This document shows, piece by piece, positions 25,980 to 41,499 of a stretch of DNA of 64,000 bases. How positions within the stretch are numbered: position 1 is the first letter of the stretch; every line of letters begins with the position of its first letter. The notes beneath the pieces are model-generated. The model saw only the letters and a program-made list of their open reading frames with translations, was not told the DNA's origin and searched no databases. The position numbers were made by a program, and so were the translations under genes. This stretch comes from the human T2T-CHM13v2.0 reference genome, Homo sapiens, in assembly GCF_009914755.1 (NCBI RefSeq), contig NC_060930.1. One strand, given 5' to 3'.

Positions 25980-28955
25980 TTACTGAATGTGGGTTTGAAT
26001 GGGTTAAAAAGCTGGCACAGAAATGCAAAAAACTACCGATTTTCTCTAAGGAGACTATCAGAAGAAATGCAACTTTGTCCTGCCTTGCCCAAGGGCAGAG
26101 AAGGTTGCAGACATCCTCTCCCCTCCTCAGCTGTCTACATCAAGTGGTTGAGGGGTGGGTATTTTGTGGCATGAATAAGAGGATTATTGTGCAGCAAACA
26201 CTTGATTTCTAAGCATTTTACCTGTACTTTTTTAGATTTTAGTCTTTGCCTTTTTTTTTTTTCCTATTTGTTTCCCACTTAGTACCTTAGAATTTGCCTT
26301 TTTAATGCAAAATTAGCATAGTAAAAAAATTGAATCCGGGGTGCATCACTTAGAAAAGTTAAAGAAGATTTTCAAAATTAATTGTTGACAAGACTCAGCA
26401 AATATTTGCTGAATACCTGTTATGTGCCAGGTAATGTCATAAACCCTAGGCATAGGACTGGGAACCAGGTCCTCTCTTCTTGGAATTCACATTCTATTTC
26501 ACAAGGGTTGGGAAAGAGGAAGAAATACAGAATGGAAACTCTGCCCTGAGCACAAAACCTGTGCATTTGGTTAGAAGAAGGCTGGTGCTCTGCACACAGG
26601 GGCCTAAGAGAGGAATATGAGGTAGTGGAGCTCTCAGTGACCTCGCTGTTAGAGCTGTAGGGAAGATTTAGGTCACCGCCTTATCTTACAAGTGAGGAAA
26701 CTGATACCAAAAGAGACTGGAATTATTGTCTGAGGTCACCCAGGCTGTCCCACTGGATGTCAGGTACCGCCTCTTCAGGACTATTCATTAGCATTTGTGA
26801 AAGTCAAGATATAACAGCATATTTCGCCTTATTTCTTTCTTTTCCTCTTTATGTTGTATTTTTCTTTTTGGGTCATTGTTTTGCATTAATGTTCATAGAC
26901 AATTTTTCACCATTTATGTAGGATTAGTTCTCATTGAAATATTAATTCCACATTTTCAATAATTTATATGATTTGATGTCACAAATATCTGGATAATTTG
27001 ATATAGCATCAAAAAAAGGCTTTCTCTACCTTCATGTATTATCATATAATGCATTTTCTTATCATAGGGAAATCAAAATGTGTCTCTCTAATTCCTTTTG
27101 GTTTTTTAAATTTTATGAGTTTAACATGCGTGATATATAAATCACAGTCAAACATTTTCTTCTTACCTCATCTGATTTCGTTTGATAAAATCAACTCCAT
27201 CTATATGTATGTCTTTTAGAAATACGTCTCAGTTTTTCCCAAATGGGTATGTCTTACATCTAATGCGTGAGAAAAAATTCCAGTAGCACCTCCCTGGGGA
27301 ATCTGAACTAGGCCCTGGTTATGCTAATAGAAGCCAAGAGGTTTTCAAAGCAAAAGAACTATAATAAATTATTCATAAATAGGTCTCTCTCTTGATGGTT
27401 TTGGTGTTTCCGAATTTTCCAGACCATAGAGGATATGTGAAACGATACATGCACGCTAAGCTGAAGATGTTACAGAGGGAAATGGGAATTGAAAACTAAT
27501 TGGAATTTTAAAGCATTGCATTTTTGCATTTGGTACACTTTCTGGAGCTGGTTTGGGCATGGACAAGACCCAGGAGCCTGCTTTTCTGGTGGTCCTTGGT
27601 GACTACGGATATTTTTAACAGACAGGGACTGGTTTCTGAGGAAAGTGTGTCCCAGTTCCCAAAGGAAAATGACTCCTCAGTGACTGTTAGCCCTCGAGGC
27701 AGTTCCAGATGAGGTGCTAGACTTAATTCAGGTTGCCAGTCTACAGAAATGAAGACTTTACTTGGCATACTGCTCGTTTGCACTTGGTTTGTCAGACTCT
27801 CTACCTCCTCTTCCTTCTTTTTCTTAAACTTGTTTTTCAGTTTGTTCCTCTGGGTCTCTACATTGCCAAACCCAAGGGCACCTCCTAGTCTGCGTGACGG
27901 ACCCCCACGCCTGGTCCAGTCCACAGGTGCCATGGTTTTGTTGTACCTGCCAACATTTCAACTGTTTTAGAATTCTTTTTTGTCTTAATGGGTGTTGACA
28001 GGTTTTAAAATGTTTCCTGCTTATTTCTACTTGCAATTTTCTGATCTCTGTAATTTAAACTAATTGCATCTACTTTGTTATTTATTCCATTTTTTGTACT
28101 CATTTAATAGAAAAAATAATAATTTCTTCAACTTCAGTCTTTTGTGTTTGCCGAAACCCACCCTGGCCTCACATGTTCAAGTTAAGCCCTGCCCCCACCT
28201 TCCTCACACTCCCATAGGGTCACAGACCATGCACTGATTTACCTGCCTTTAGGAGCCCCCAAACTCCTTCCTTTTGAGATTTTTCTTTGTAATGAATGTC
28301 CTCGCCATGATCACAACCCAAATAAAAACTCTTCAGTCGTCTGCTGTATTTTGTCTTTAACAGTGACCAGAATTCAATTCGAATTTTGGGTTCACATTTA
28401 GTCTTATAATTTAAGAAAGAATAGGAAAAAACGGAGAGCAACTTGATTTGAAAAAGACAAATCTGAGGCGGGTGAGAGATTCTAAGTCCTGATGTGCTTG
28501 GAACAGTCCAGACCTCTGTCAATTGTCCCAGCAAAATTATTACCAGCACCCCCTTTTACACTCAGAAGATCCTGGTCTAGATGAAGAATCATATGTGCGT
28601 CAGCTACTTTCGCTACCGTAAAGCCCAGCCCGGCATAGTCCCAAGGATAGAGTAAGCAGCCAATATACATTTACTGAGTTAGGAATAAAAAGATGCCAGC
28701 GGTCACCCTCCTTCCCTCATGGTGGGAGCCAGGGAAGCTGACGCTACTACAAAGCTATGGCGTCACAGGTACTGGACACTGGCTAGTCACATATTTATAT
28801 GACTCCTGGAAGACAGCCATGAGTAGATGGCTATTATCCATATTTTAATAATATCTGCTAAGAAAAATAACAATTTTGAGATAGCACTTGTGGAATGAGT
28901 CCTCCATATTTAATGAACCAGGGAAACATAAGGGAAAGGTTAAACAATTCTATGA

Positions 28956-29276
<321 letters not shown>

Positions 29277-29690
29277 CTAAAAGTTTTTTTCTTGTTTGTC
29301 TTTATGAAGGGCTTCTTCCCGTTCAGTAATAATTTCCCTTGCAATGGAGCAAAACTTGAGACAATAAGGGACTCAGGAATGTGTTGAAAGCTCATGAGGA
29401 ATTTAGTCTAATTCCTTCATTGTGAGTTGCTGGCATTCTACTCCATTTGCATTCAGCCTCCTGTTACCACCAATGCTCCCCATCAGTAACAGTCATACTA
29501 ATGTGGGGTGGAATGAGAAACTCTCAGTGCTTCCAATGCTATAACCACTTGCCTATCCCAGTTTCCAATCGCCTTTAAATACTGGGGATTTTAAAGGTAA
29601 CTGAGTTTATGCCTTGGATTGTCTGTGAAATCGTAGGAAAATACATGTGATCTTCCAATGCCCCAGTACTTACAAATAACGATACATTAT

Positions 29691-30077
29691 TGCCATGGAT
29701 TTAACGTGTCCTCCAAAGTTCCTAAGTTGGACACTTAATCCCTGATGCAACAATGTTGAGAGATGGGACCTTTAAGAGGTGATTAGGTTATGAGGGCTCT
29801 GCTCTCATGAATGGATTAATGTCGTTCTCATGGGAGTGAGTTCCTTATCAAAGGATGCATTTGGCCCATTTCTCTTTCTCTTTCTCTCTCTCTCTCAGTC
29901 TCTTGCCCATGTGATGTCTTCACCATGTTATGAATCAGTAGGAAGACCCTCACCAGATGCAGGCCCCATGATCTTGGACTTCCAGACTCCAGAACTATGA
30001 GCCAAATAAGTTTCTGTTAATTATAAATTGCCTAGTCTGTGGTATTCTATTATAGCAGCACAAAAGAGAATAAGCCG
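29691..30077 (+). mobile_element. MST (MSTB-like) MaLR solo LTR
   Basis: tgccatggatttaacgtgtcctccaaag...tgagggctctgctctcatgaatggattaatg...ctccagaactatgagccaaata...tatagcagcacaaaa; probable 5-bp TSD attat/attac. Confidence 0.88.
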
Positions 30078-30144
30078 ATTACTATATTATGTTTCAGAAG
30101 CTTTTCAAGAATCACTCTTATATTATGCACAAATAATGTGTTTT

Positions 30145-30435
30145 GTTTGTTTTTTTTTTGAGACAGAGTCTCACTCTGTTGTCCAGGCTGGAATGCAGTG
30201 GCGTGATCTCAGCTCACTGCAATCTCGGCCTGATGGGCTCAAGTGATTCTCGTACGTGCCTCAGCCTCCTGAGCAGCTGGGACCACAGGCTCCCACCACC
30301 ATGCCTGGCTAATTTTTGTATTTTTGGTAGAGACAGGGTTTCACCCTGTTGGCCAGTCTGGTCTCGAACTCCTGACCTCAGGTGATCCACCCGCTGAAGT
30401 CCTGGGATTACAGGTGTGAGTCACCGCACCTGGCC
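30145..30435 (-). mobile_element. AluS
   Basis: Antisense Alu; TSD caaataatgtgtttt/caaataacgtgtttt. Confidence 0.96.
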
Positions 30436-30464
30436 CAAATAACGTGTTTTTAATAGTTACTGTG

Positions 30465-30808
<344 letters not shown>

Positions 30809-30864
30809 TTAAATAAACAACCTTTCAACAGGAAGACAGAGAAGAAATATAAAACACAATCACA

Positions 30865-31150
30865 TGGGAGGCTGAGATGGGAGGATCCCTTGAGGCCAGG
30901 AGTTTGAGACCAGCCTGGACAACATAGTGAGACTCCATCTCTACAAAAAACAAACAAAGAAACAAAATGAGCCAGGTGGTGGTGCAAGCCTATAGTCTTA
31001 GCTACTCGGGAGTTGGAGGCGGGAGGATCACTTGAACCCAAGAGTTTGAGGCTGCAATGAGCTATGATCACATCACTGCACTCCAGCGCGGGTGACAAAG
31101 CAAGGCTCTGTCTCTAAACCACACACTCAGACACATATGCCATCACACAC
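30865..31150 (+). mobile_element. AluJ, 5'-truncated, tail decayed to CA-rich sequence
   Basis: J diagnostics gaggccaggagtttgag and gaggctgcaatgagctatg; TSD acacaatcaca. Confidence 0.93.
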
Positions 31151-32625
31151 ACACAATCACAAAGCATCAGTCAGGAAGGCCAGCAAGAGCAGAACACAGA
31201 ATGTTAGGATTTCAAGGTAGAAGCTCAACACTCAATTCAAGGTAAACTTGATAAGAATTTGCAACAAGACCAATGATCTGCTAGGTATTATAATGAATAG
31301 AAAAGCAATATGGGGTTCTGGCTGTAAAGCAACTGAGCTTTTTTGAAGAAACATTAAATGCACACATAAAACCCCTGAATGTATGTCAGCAGATGACGAA
31401 TGGCTCTAAAGTGGTATGGAATAAAAAGGAAAAATCATGAAAAAAGAAGGCCCACCAAATTGGAACATCTACTTGGAAAACTTGAGAAAGAACAGTTTTG
31501 GTTGGGAGTCAAGTGCAGTTAACAGGATTCAGAGTGAGCACCGCGTGGGCCTCTGAGGTCAGAAACCAGAGGGAGGCCAGAGAAATGAGATGAGCTACAA
31601 AGTGCCTCAGGAAAGAGACAGCTGGGACCAGATGACACACACACCATGGCCTGTTTTTATGTTTTATGTCAGTTTTAAGAGACACTGGGATTTTCCTAAA
31701 ACAATATATATTTGATGGAAAAGTGCTGTCCATTTCAGTAGCAAAATCACTTTATTATATTGCTGGGAAAACTTGAGAACTGAAAGTTGGAAGACAGCAG
31801 GTGGAGGTTATAAATTTGATATTAATATGGCAATATGGAGTGAGATTTATGGGCTCTGATAGAATGTGATCTTTTACTGAAAACTGTTTTTACTTTCTTA
31901 TATGTATCTCAGTGATTTGACCCTGGTTTTATGTGAATATTGTTTTAGGGGATGTAGTTTTCTGAATACAATTTATTTTATTCAAATGACTGCTTACGGA
32001 TAGATAGCTACGGACTAGTGCGGCTACAGTTTCAATAAACAGTCCAATAACATTGGAAGATAAGTTTTGAAAGACTGTAAGAAGCCAAAGAATAAGTTTA
32101 GACAATTACATATTTGGATATAATTGCTTTTGAAGTCAATATTCAATTTTAAACTGTTTAAGATAATATGTTTTTGCTTTTATCTAAAGTATATGAGAGA
32201 CTTACACCAAGCACTAAACTGAAATTGTGGTATGCAACATGACTCTACTTAACAGAGCTAGGAATACTGTCAGTTTGCAAAGGTAAAATTACTTCGACTT
32301 TTTCTCTGGAAAACTGAAATGAATTCCTTTGGAAATTAAAGTCCTCGTTGCTTTACAAACATCATTTCATTATGCAGGAGATCTTTACTCACAAACATTC
32401 ATATCACACAATGTCAGAAACACGACAAGGAGAGAAGGCATGGGGCTGTGGTCAACCCACAAAAGACAGGCTTTTATCCCCAGCTCTAAGAATTTCCCAC
32501 AGACATTACTAACCCATCATGCCCATTCAGTGCACACAGAGTGACAAGGTTTCAAGTGGCGCTGCAGTGAGAGACTACTATGACAACGAACACAAAAGAA
32601 CAGACATTTTAAAACACTAAAAATT

Positions 32626-32953
<328 letters not shown>

Positions 32954-33141
32954 CTAAAAATTAAATGAAAATTAAGATTAAAAAATATTAAAAATTAAAA
33001 ATAACAGAAAAAAATTAACTGAAAATTCAAAATGCATATGTGATGAAATGTTAGGCAGGAAGAATCAGCAGGAGGGACAACCGCCAAAAATGAAAGCTGC
33101 AAAAAGTAATTTTTTCTGTCTATTCAACCCACAATCATCAC

Positions 33142-33241
33142 AGGCTATATTTGAAAAGTAGGTAGGTGTACTTACCTACATATAGCTGTTTGTAGGTTAT
33201 ATTTGAAAAGTAGGTAAGGTGTACTTACCTACATATAACTG
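33142..33241. repeat. Two-copy 52-bp tandem duplication containing hairpins
   Basis: agg(c/t)tatatttgaaaagtaggta(a)ggtgtacttacctacatata(g/a)ctg at 33142 and 33194. Confidence 0.9.
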
Positions 33242-33466
33242 CACTTACATACAGTTATACATATACCTACATCTAATGTAGTTATGGTTTTTTAAGAGAG
33301 TAAAGAATAAAATGGAAGACTACCATTACTGACAGTCTTCTAAAAGGCAGTCACCATAGCATGATTAATTTATTCCTGGTGTTCTCTTGGTCCTCACATA
33401 CTTGATTCTCTTGAAACCAGTGAAAAACTCGCATGTCTTACTGCTAGATCTAGAAAAGTGGTTCTC

Positions 33467-33963
<497 letters not shown>

Positions 33964-34439
33964 GTTAACAAGGAGACACATATGAAACCTCATATATCAG
34001 ACATCTAACCTACCCTTATTTCTTTTATTCTCAAATCTCCATCTCAGCTTTCTTCTTCATTTAGAATTTGGATATAAACCGTAACTATTAAAATTGACTG
34101 AATATATCTAAAAATCATTGATTCATTTACTTATTGCACACATACATAATCCACCATTCATCTGATGAGATCACAGCATTTAGAAGAGTACTCCAAACAC
34201 AGGCTGCTAAATCCTCATCTGTTGATTGGGTCTTTAAAACATTACTATTGTTCACTTTCATACTGACAACGTTATGCTATAGGGTCAGCTCAAATTTAAT
34301 TTTCTTTCTTTACGCTGTTCTTTATTGTATTTTTTCCATTAAAATAATATTTGACAGATAATCCTTATACCTGTTGCTTCAAATAATAAAAATAACCTAA
34401 CTTATTTTATGAGACTAATATCTTGTTACCCAACTGGAT

Positions 34440-34675
34440 AAGAACAATGTAAGAAAAGAAAATTACAGGCCAATTTTACATAAGGCTATAGATATAAAAA
34501 TCCTTTGTAAATATTATCTAACATAAGAAAGTGTACAGTTAAAAAAGCAGAATCAAGCAGGGTTCATCCCAAGGATTTAAGAATAGTTTAACATCAGAAA
34601 ATCTATGTATGTAGTTCATCAAGTTAACAGACTAGAGGAGAAACTTTTCATGCTACTTAGATGCTAGGAAAGCAT
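34440..34675 (+). mobile_element. Ancient L1M ORF2 (RT region) fragment
   Basis: aaagaaaattacaggccaat...caagcagggttcatcccaagga...tttaacatcagaaaatc...gatgctaggaaagcat. Confidence 0.7.
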
Positions 34676-34739
34676 GAGTCCAAGCACAGGGTCTCTGTCT
34701 CTCTGCCTCAATAATTCTCCAGATTACGATCAAAGATCT

Positions 34740-35052
<313 letters not shown>

Positions 35053-35595
35053 GATTGAAGATGAAGTGCTTCTTCTACAGAGCTTCTGTAGGATGAAAAA
35101 AAGGCGCTGATATATGCTTTCTGTAATTTGACTCAATGGGTTTTTGAATCCTTCATATAAATTTATAACATCATATTTCATTTATTAGAAGGTACATATA
35201 CTGTTTTTTTAGTAGCACATTTTTACCATAAATGGTGACTGTAATCGATAAAACAGAGTATTCAATATATTTCTACAAATGTGTATTCCCTTCTCCCCAG
35301 AGAACATCATAGTATAAGGTGATCTCCAGTTTTCTTCTGATTCTATGATTTAAAAATCATCCCTGTTCTGAAGCTCTTAAGTATTTTGTTTATTTTAGGT
35401 GCATTGGAACACCAAAATCACTCATCTGTTTCTTTGTTCTTGCTTCCCGCTACTCAAGAACATAAAATAAAAGCTCTCAAGTACTAAAATACTGGGCTTT
35501 ATATAAACTAGAGTTTATATAAATATTGAAAAATATTTCTTCCTAGAGGTCAGACTGTCTTCAGGGTCATGGCTAATATAAGCATTTGCTTAGAT

Positions 35596-36116
<521 letters not shown>

Positions 36117-37542
36117 GCTTAGATGCAGTGCACCCACTGAGGAACAGGTGTGTCCTACTCTGAAAGCAGCATGAGCTAGTCTGACTACTTATTTCAAATC
36201 AATACTATATTTTTTAAATGGCCCACATTTTCAATCTAGCAAATCTACGTTGGGGTATGTGTATGGGTGTGCCCATATGTCTGTATCTGTTAAATGTATC
36301 AGTTTGCTTTTAAAATGTTTAGACACAGCTCACATAAGCAGAATATCAGTTCAAAGCAGTTCTGGCCAACTCAGTTTAAAAAATAACAACATTGGTGTGT
36401 TACTAATACTACCATTTCTATACGTAGCATGATTTCTCCTCTCTGGTTTAATAACAGTCATCCAAGTGTGACTTCAAGTAATGATCACTTCCAGTGAGCT
36501 CGAGTTTACTGCCAAGGTGTGAAGTTGGAAAGAGGAAGACACAACTTCATGGAGATCAAATCACTCATGAACTTAACAGCCAAATAAGTATTAAATGGCT
36601 GCAAGGTAACAGGTAGGCAAGGTTTGTTGTAGCATCCAATTATCACGTTGGTGCAAAGTCACTCAGTAGACAACAAGTATCTAATGGCCAAGGAGCTGAA
36701 ACTTATGAATTGGCTGTTTAAAAAATATATTTGCCATAATTCCTTCTCACACCTAAGTTTCCCAAAAGGAATGCATAAAGCAGGTATTAATAATGGAACA
36801 AAAATAATAAAGTGCTTGCCAGGGTAGTTGATTCCTTTTGAAAACTGATCACGAGTAAGAGATTTTAGTTACAGCTTTCTTTTGCTTCAATGATTTGCTA
36901 AGAATCCATAAGGACAACCTATTCAGATACTATTATCACATGAGACATGATATGTGAAGCAAAAACTGTTACGGGAATTTCTGCTTGCATGTACACTGGC
37001 TGTTAGGTTACAGAATAGAAATAGGATTCCTCTGCATATTTAACATTGGTTCTCCATTTGTAGCCGGACAACCAGATAGTACTGATTTCAAAGTCACTGT
37101 TAAGAACTCTAAAAACTTAGATTTCGGTAACATGTCATCCCCTTGCACGAAAACTGGACCTGCCACTAGGCTTGGAGAAGCTCTGATGTGCTATAAACAG
37201 CCCTAACCATCAAGATGGTAAAGGCTAATGTGACCCAGAGACTTCTGCTCTCTGAATAACCACCCCCACCTTCACCTATTCCCTTTATAAATGCTAACAG
37301 AGCCCGGGAACTTTCTGTTCCAGAGTGAGCCTGCAACAGCATTCTCTTGGGTGAAATGCTCTTCCCGTTGGCGGTGAGAATCCTTCCTCCTTATTCTAAC
37401 CCATGCTCCCCACAGAGAAGGAGGAACCCTGAGCTTCTCTTAGGGACCATGGCAGAGGGTTGGAGGCATGGAGGCAGCTCTGCATGGCCTTTTAATGCTT
37501 AGTATGCTCAGGGTGCTGCCTTTCAATTAACTAGCACAGCTG

Positions 37543-37858
<316 letters not shown>

Positions 37859-38012
37859 ACAGCGATACTTTTTGACTAAGTAAGGCTTCCGTAAGAGTTT
37901 TCACACACATGCCCCAAATCCTGGATTATATGAGACAAAAATAAATAGGCCACGTGTGCTAATTGCATACCTCTCTCTTCTCACATTTCGGTTTTCTAGA
38001 AATGAGAACGCA

Positions 38013-38323
38013 GGCCAGACGCGGTGACTGACGCCTGTAATCCCAGCACTTTGGGAGGCCAAGGCGGGTGGATCACAAGGTCAGGAGATCGAGACCATCC
38101 TGGCCAACATGCTGAAACTCCATCTCTACTAAAAATACAAAAATAAGCTGGGCATGGTGGCGCATGCCTGTATACCTGTAATCTCAGCTACTCGGGAGGA
38201 TGTGGCAGAAGAATTGCTTGAATCAGGGAGTTGGAGGTTTCAGTGAGTTGAGATCATGCCAGTGTACTCCAGCCTGGGTGACAGAGTGAGACTCTCTCTC
38301 AAAAAAAAAAAAAAAAAAAAAAA
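38013..38323 (+). mobile_element. AluSc-like
   Basis: gagatcgagaccatcc; A-tail. Confidence 0.96.
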
Positions 38324-39287
38324 AGAGAAAGTGCATTTCTTGTATGTCTTGTGACAAGAGTTAACAAAAACAGTCCTGCTTCTTAACTGTTGGTGACATT
38401 TGTAAAGGTCCCATGGTTATGCTTATTCAGTGGGATTCCGTCTTCTTGCATGTCTAATGGTGTTAGAAGGCCTGAAACTATGCCTAAAACTATGGTATTA
38501 TCCCAGAGAGAAAAATAAATTCATATCAAGAAAAATACTAAGATTTATATATAAAGCAACAATAATGGCAATAATAATTCTATGGTGTAATTCCCCTGAG
38601 AAAAACTGAACGGAACAATGGTTAATCTTAAAATATTCTACAGTAGAGCTCAGGACTTAGTATAATTGCCTGCTACTAGTCTCGTGATAACAGTCGAAGC
38701 TAGTTTTGTGGAGGGTTTTTTTGACACTTCAAAATTATCATGTTGTCTTCAAGGTCACAAATCAAAGTCTCATCTATTAGTGTATAATAGTAAGTTTACA
38801 GTTTTAAAATATGTTATCATTAAGAAAATACTAACTGCAAATTTAAAAAAAGTACTAAGTGGAAGTAAGCGAAAAGACAGATATTGTGATGAAAAGAAAG
38901 ACCTTCTTTCCCTGCCTTTTTGAGTGTATTGATTCATTCATTTAACTGATACTTGTTGAGTGTCTCCTTTGTTATGGTCCTTCTGTGAAGCACCTCCATT
39001 CGACAGACCCTTTCTTTGGGTAAGTGTGTATAAGGTTCAACAAGGGAAATCCATGTATGCATGCAATTGTAGAGTCTAGGACACTTGGTGATAAAGGACT
39101 TGAAAAGGAAATTAATATCCCACTTAAATCTTCTTTTTCAACATCAGATTTTACCATATTTGCCATCTCGCACTCACTTTTTCTAAAACAACTCAATGGA
39201 CACCGTTGCCTCATCACAGCCCTAAAGCAGAACTCCCTCTTTCGGTCAGTAACACCATCATCTTCCTAGTTTTAAAACCTTGGAGTC

Positions 39288-40320
39288 TGTTTTTTTTCTT
39301 GTAAATTTGTTGAAGTTCCTTGTAGATTCTGGATATTAGACTTTTGTCAGGTGGGTAGATTGCAAAAATTATCTCCCATTCTGTAGGTTGCCTGTTCACT
39401 CTGATTATAGTTTCTTGTGCTGTGCAGAAGCTCTTTAGTTCAACCCCATCAAAAGAGGACAAAGGATATGAAGAGACACTTCTCAAAAGAAGACATTTAT
39501 GTGACCAACAAACGTATAAACAAAAGCTCATCATCACTGGTCATTAGAGAAATGCAAATCAAAACCACAATGAGATACCATCTTACACCAGTCAGAATGG
39601 CGATTATTAAAAAGTCAGGGAACAACAGATGCTGGCAAAGCTGTGGAGAAAAAGGAATGCTCTTACACTGTTGGTGGGAGTGTAAATTAGTTCAGCCATT
39701 GTGGAAGACAGTGTGGCGATTCCTCAATCATCTAGAACCAGAAATACCATTTGACCTGGTAATCCCATTACTGGGTATATGCCCAAAGGATTATAAATCA
39801 TTCTACTATAAAGACACATGCACACGTATGTTTATTGCAGCAGTATTTACAATAGCAAAGAACCATCCCAAATGCCCATCAATGATAGACTGGTTAAAGA
39901 AAATGTGGCACATATACACCATGGAATACTATGCAGCCATAAAAAAGGATGAGTTTGTGTCCTTTGCAGGGACATGGATGAAACTGGAAAGCCATCATTC
40001 TCAGCAAACTAACACAGGAACAGAAAACCAAACAATGCATGTTCTCACTCATAAATGGGAGTTGAACAATGAGAACACATGGACACAGGGAGGGGAACTT
40101 CACACACCAGGGCCTGTTGGGCAATGGGGGGTAAAGGCAGGGAGAGCATTAGAACAAATACGTAATGCATGTGGGGCTTATAACCTAGATGATGGGTTGA
40201 TGGGTGCAGCAAACCACCATGGCAAATGTATACCTATGTAACAAACCTGCACGTTCTGCACATGTATCCCAGAACTTAAAAGTAAAATTTTTTAAAAAAG
40301 TATAAACATTCAAAAAAAAA
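39288..40320 (+). mobile_element. L1PA (about L1PA7-8) 3' end with inverted 5' segment (twin priming)
   Basis: Antisense segment 39288-39440, then sense ORF2 C-terminus, 3'UTR and poly(A); TSD aaaaccttggagtc (39274) / aaaaccttagagtc (40321). Confidence 0.95.
39468..39990 (+). pseudogene. L1 ORF2p C-terminal cysteine-rich domain remnant
   Basis: [48 protein letters not shown]...MWHIYTMEYYAAIK; frameshift after WMKLE. Confidence 0.9.
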
Positions 40321-40524
40321 AAAACCTTAGAGTCGTCAGTTGCACCCCTTTTTCTTCTCCCTCATATGCAGATAATCCCCAAATCCTACCAACTGTCCCT
40401 TGAAATGTCTCACAATCTGTTTTTTCCATTCAACTAAAATATAAATGTGAGGTATCTTTCAAAAACCTGATAGTAATTGAAAAATATTCTAAGAACTTCC
40501 ACTTGAGCTGATATTGAAGCTGGG

Positions 40525-40931
40525 TGACTAGATTTGTTTCCTGTCACTTCCTCAACTAATGATCACAAACTTGCTGCCTTAATATAACAGAAATTTATCT
40601 CCTATCAAGGGGAGGCCAGAAGTCTAACACGACTGTGCTTGCTCTGAAGAGTCTATGGGAGAATATATTCTTTGCCTCTTTCAGTTTCTGGTGGCTGCCC
40701 TGGCATTCCTGGATTTGGGCCACATCACTGCAATCTTTGCCTCTGTCTTCATATCTTCTCTTCTAAGGACATTTGTTATTGGATTTAGGGCCCACCCAGA
40801 TAATCCAGGATGACTGACTCAAATCAAGAGCCTTAATTTATCTGCAAAGACGCTTTTTCCACATATGGTCATATTCACAGGTTCCAAGGATGCAGACACA
40901 TGATTTTGGAAGCCACTATTCAACCCACTAC
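40525..40931 (-). mobile_element. MLT1C/D-like MaLR LTR
   Basis: ggaggccagaagtc...tttctggtggctgcc...ggatttagggcccacc...ccactattcaacccactaca. Confidence 0.85.
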
Positions 40932-41428
40932 AGTGAATTAGTTCCTCCCTTTCCCTGAAATGAATGCACAAGTCTCCTAGCCTTTTTTGAGTCAGGCTTG
41001 TCGGGGATTACTCGAATAGGAAATTCCCTAAATTGTTCTAGCCTTGGCAACTCTAAGTGGGAGCAGAGAGAGTAAGGCTGGTGGTGAAAGCAGTTTTCCT
41101 TCCTACTGCAACTTTATTCACCTCTGCATTGGCTGAGCTTAACATAATGGAAGGTTAAATACAGAAATAAATGAATGAATAAGTGAATAGGCACAGGAAT
41201 GAAGGAGTAATTAATGAATGGACTAAAGACCAAAGGGATCTCAAGAGTATAAATTCCCATGAGCTCCCCTACTGTGACCCCAGCCTGGAGTAACGGGGTA
41301 AAAAAAAAAGATTCCTTTTGGTCTACTGAGCCTGTGGAAGAGAGAGGAATGAACCACCATGGCTGTGAGGTCCAGCTACAAATGGGAGGTTTGTCCCTTA
41401 GAATCAAAGGCTGGTGGCAGCTTCCCTT

Positions 41429-41499
41429 CCATTCAGAGGCGAGAAGGAGTCCAAGCCATTCAGAGGTAAGAAGGAGTCCAAGTCACACAGAAGCAACGA
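41429..41499. repeat. 27-bp tandem repeat, about 2.5 copies
   Basis: ccattcagagg(cg/ta)agaaggagtccaag twice plus a degenerate third copy. Confidence 0.85.

Noticed and set aside
27940-27990. Minus-strand acceptor feeding the 141-aa ORF
   Set aside because: ttggcag is preceded by purine-rich sequence with no pyrimidine tract
37283-37316. TATA box plus NF-kB-like site as a promoter
   Set aside because: Short motifs expected by chance; kB site imperfect; no other support
39417-40241. Longest ORF (274 aa) as a gene
   Set aside because: L1 ORF2 remnant; GTG start lies across the inversion junction and the C-terminal part is frameshifted into the 3'UTR
41429-41499. CRISPR-like direct repeats
   Set aside because: Contiguous copies without spacers in eukaryotic DNA
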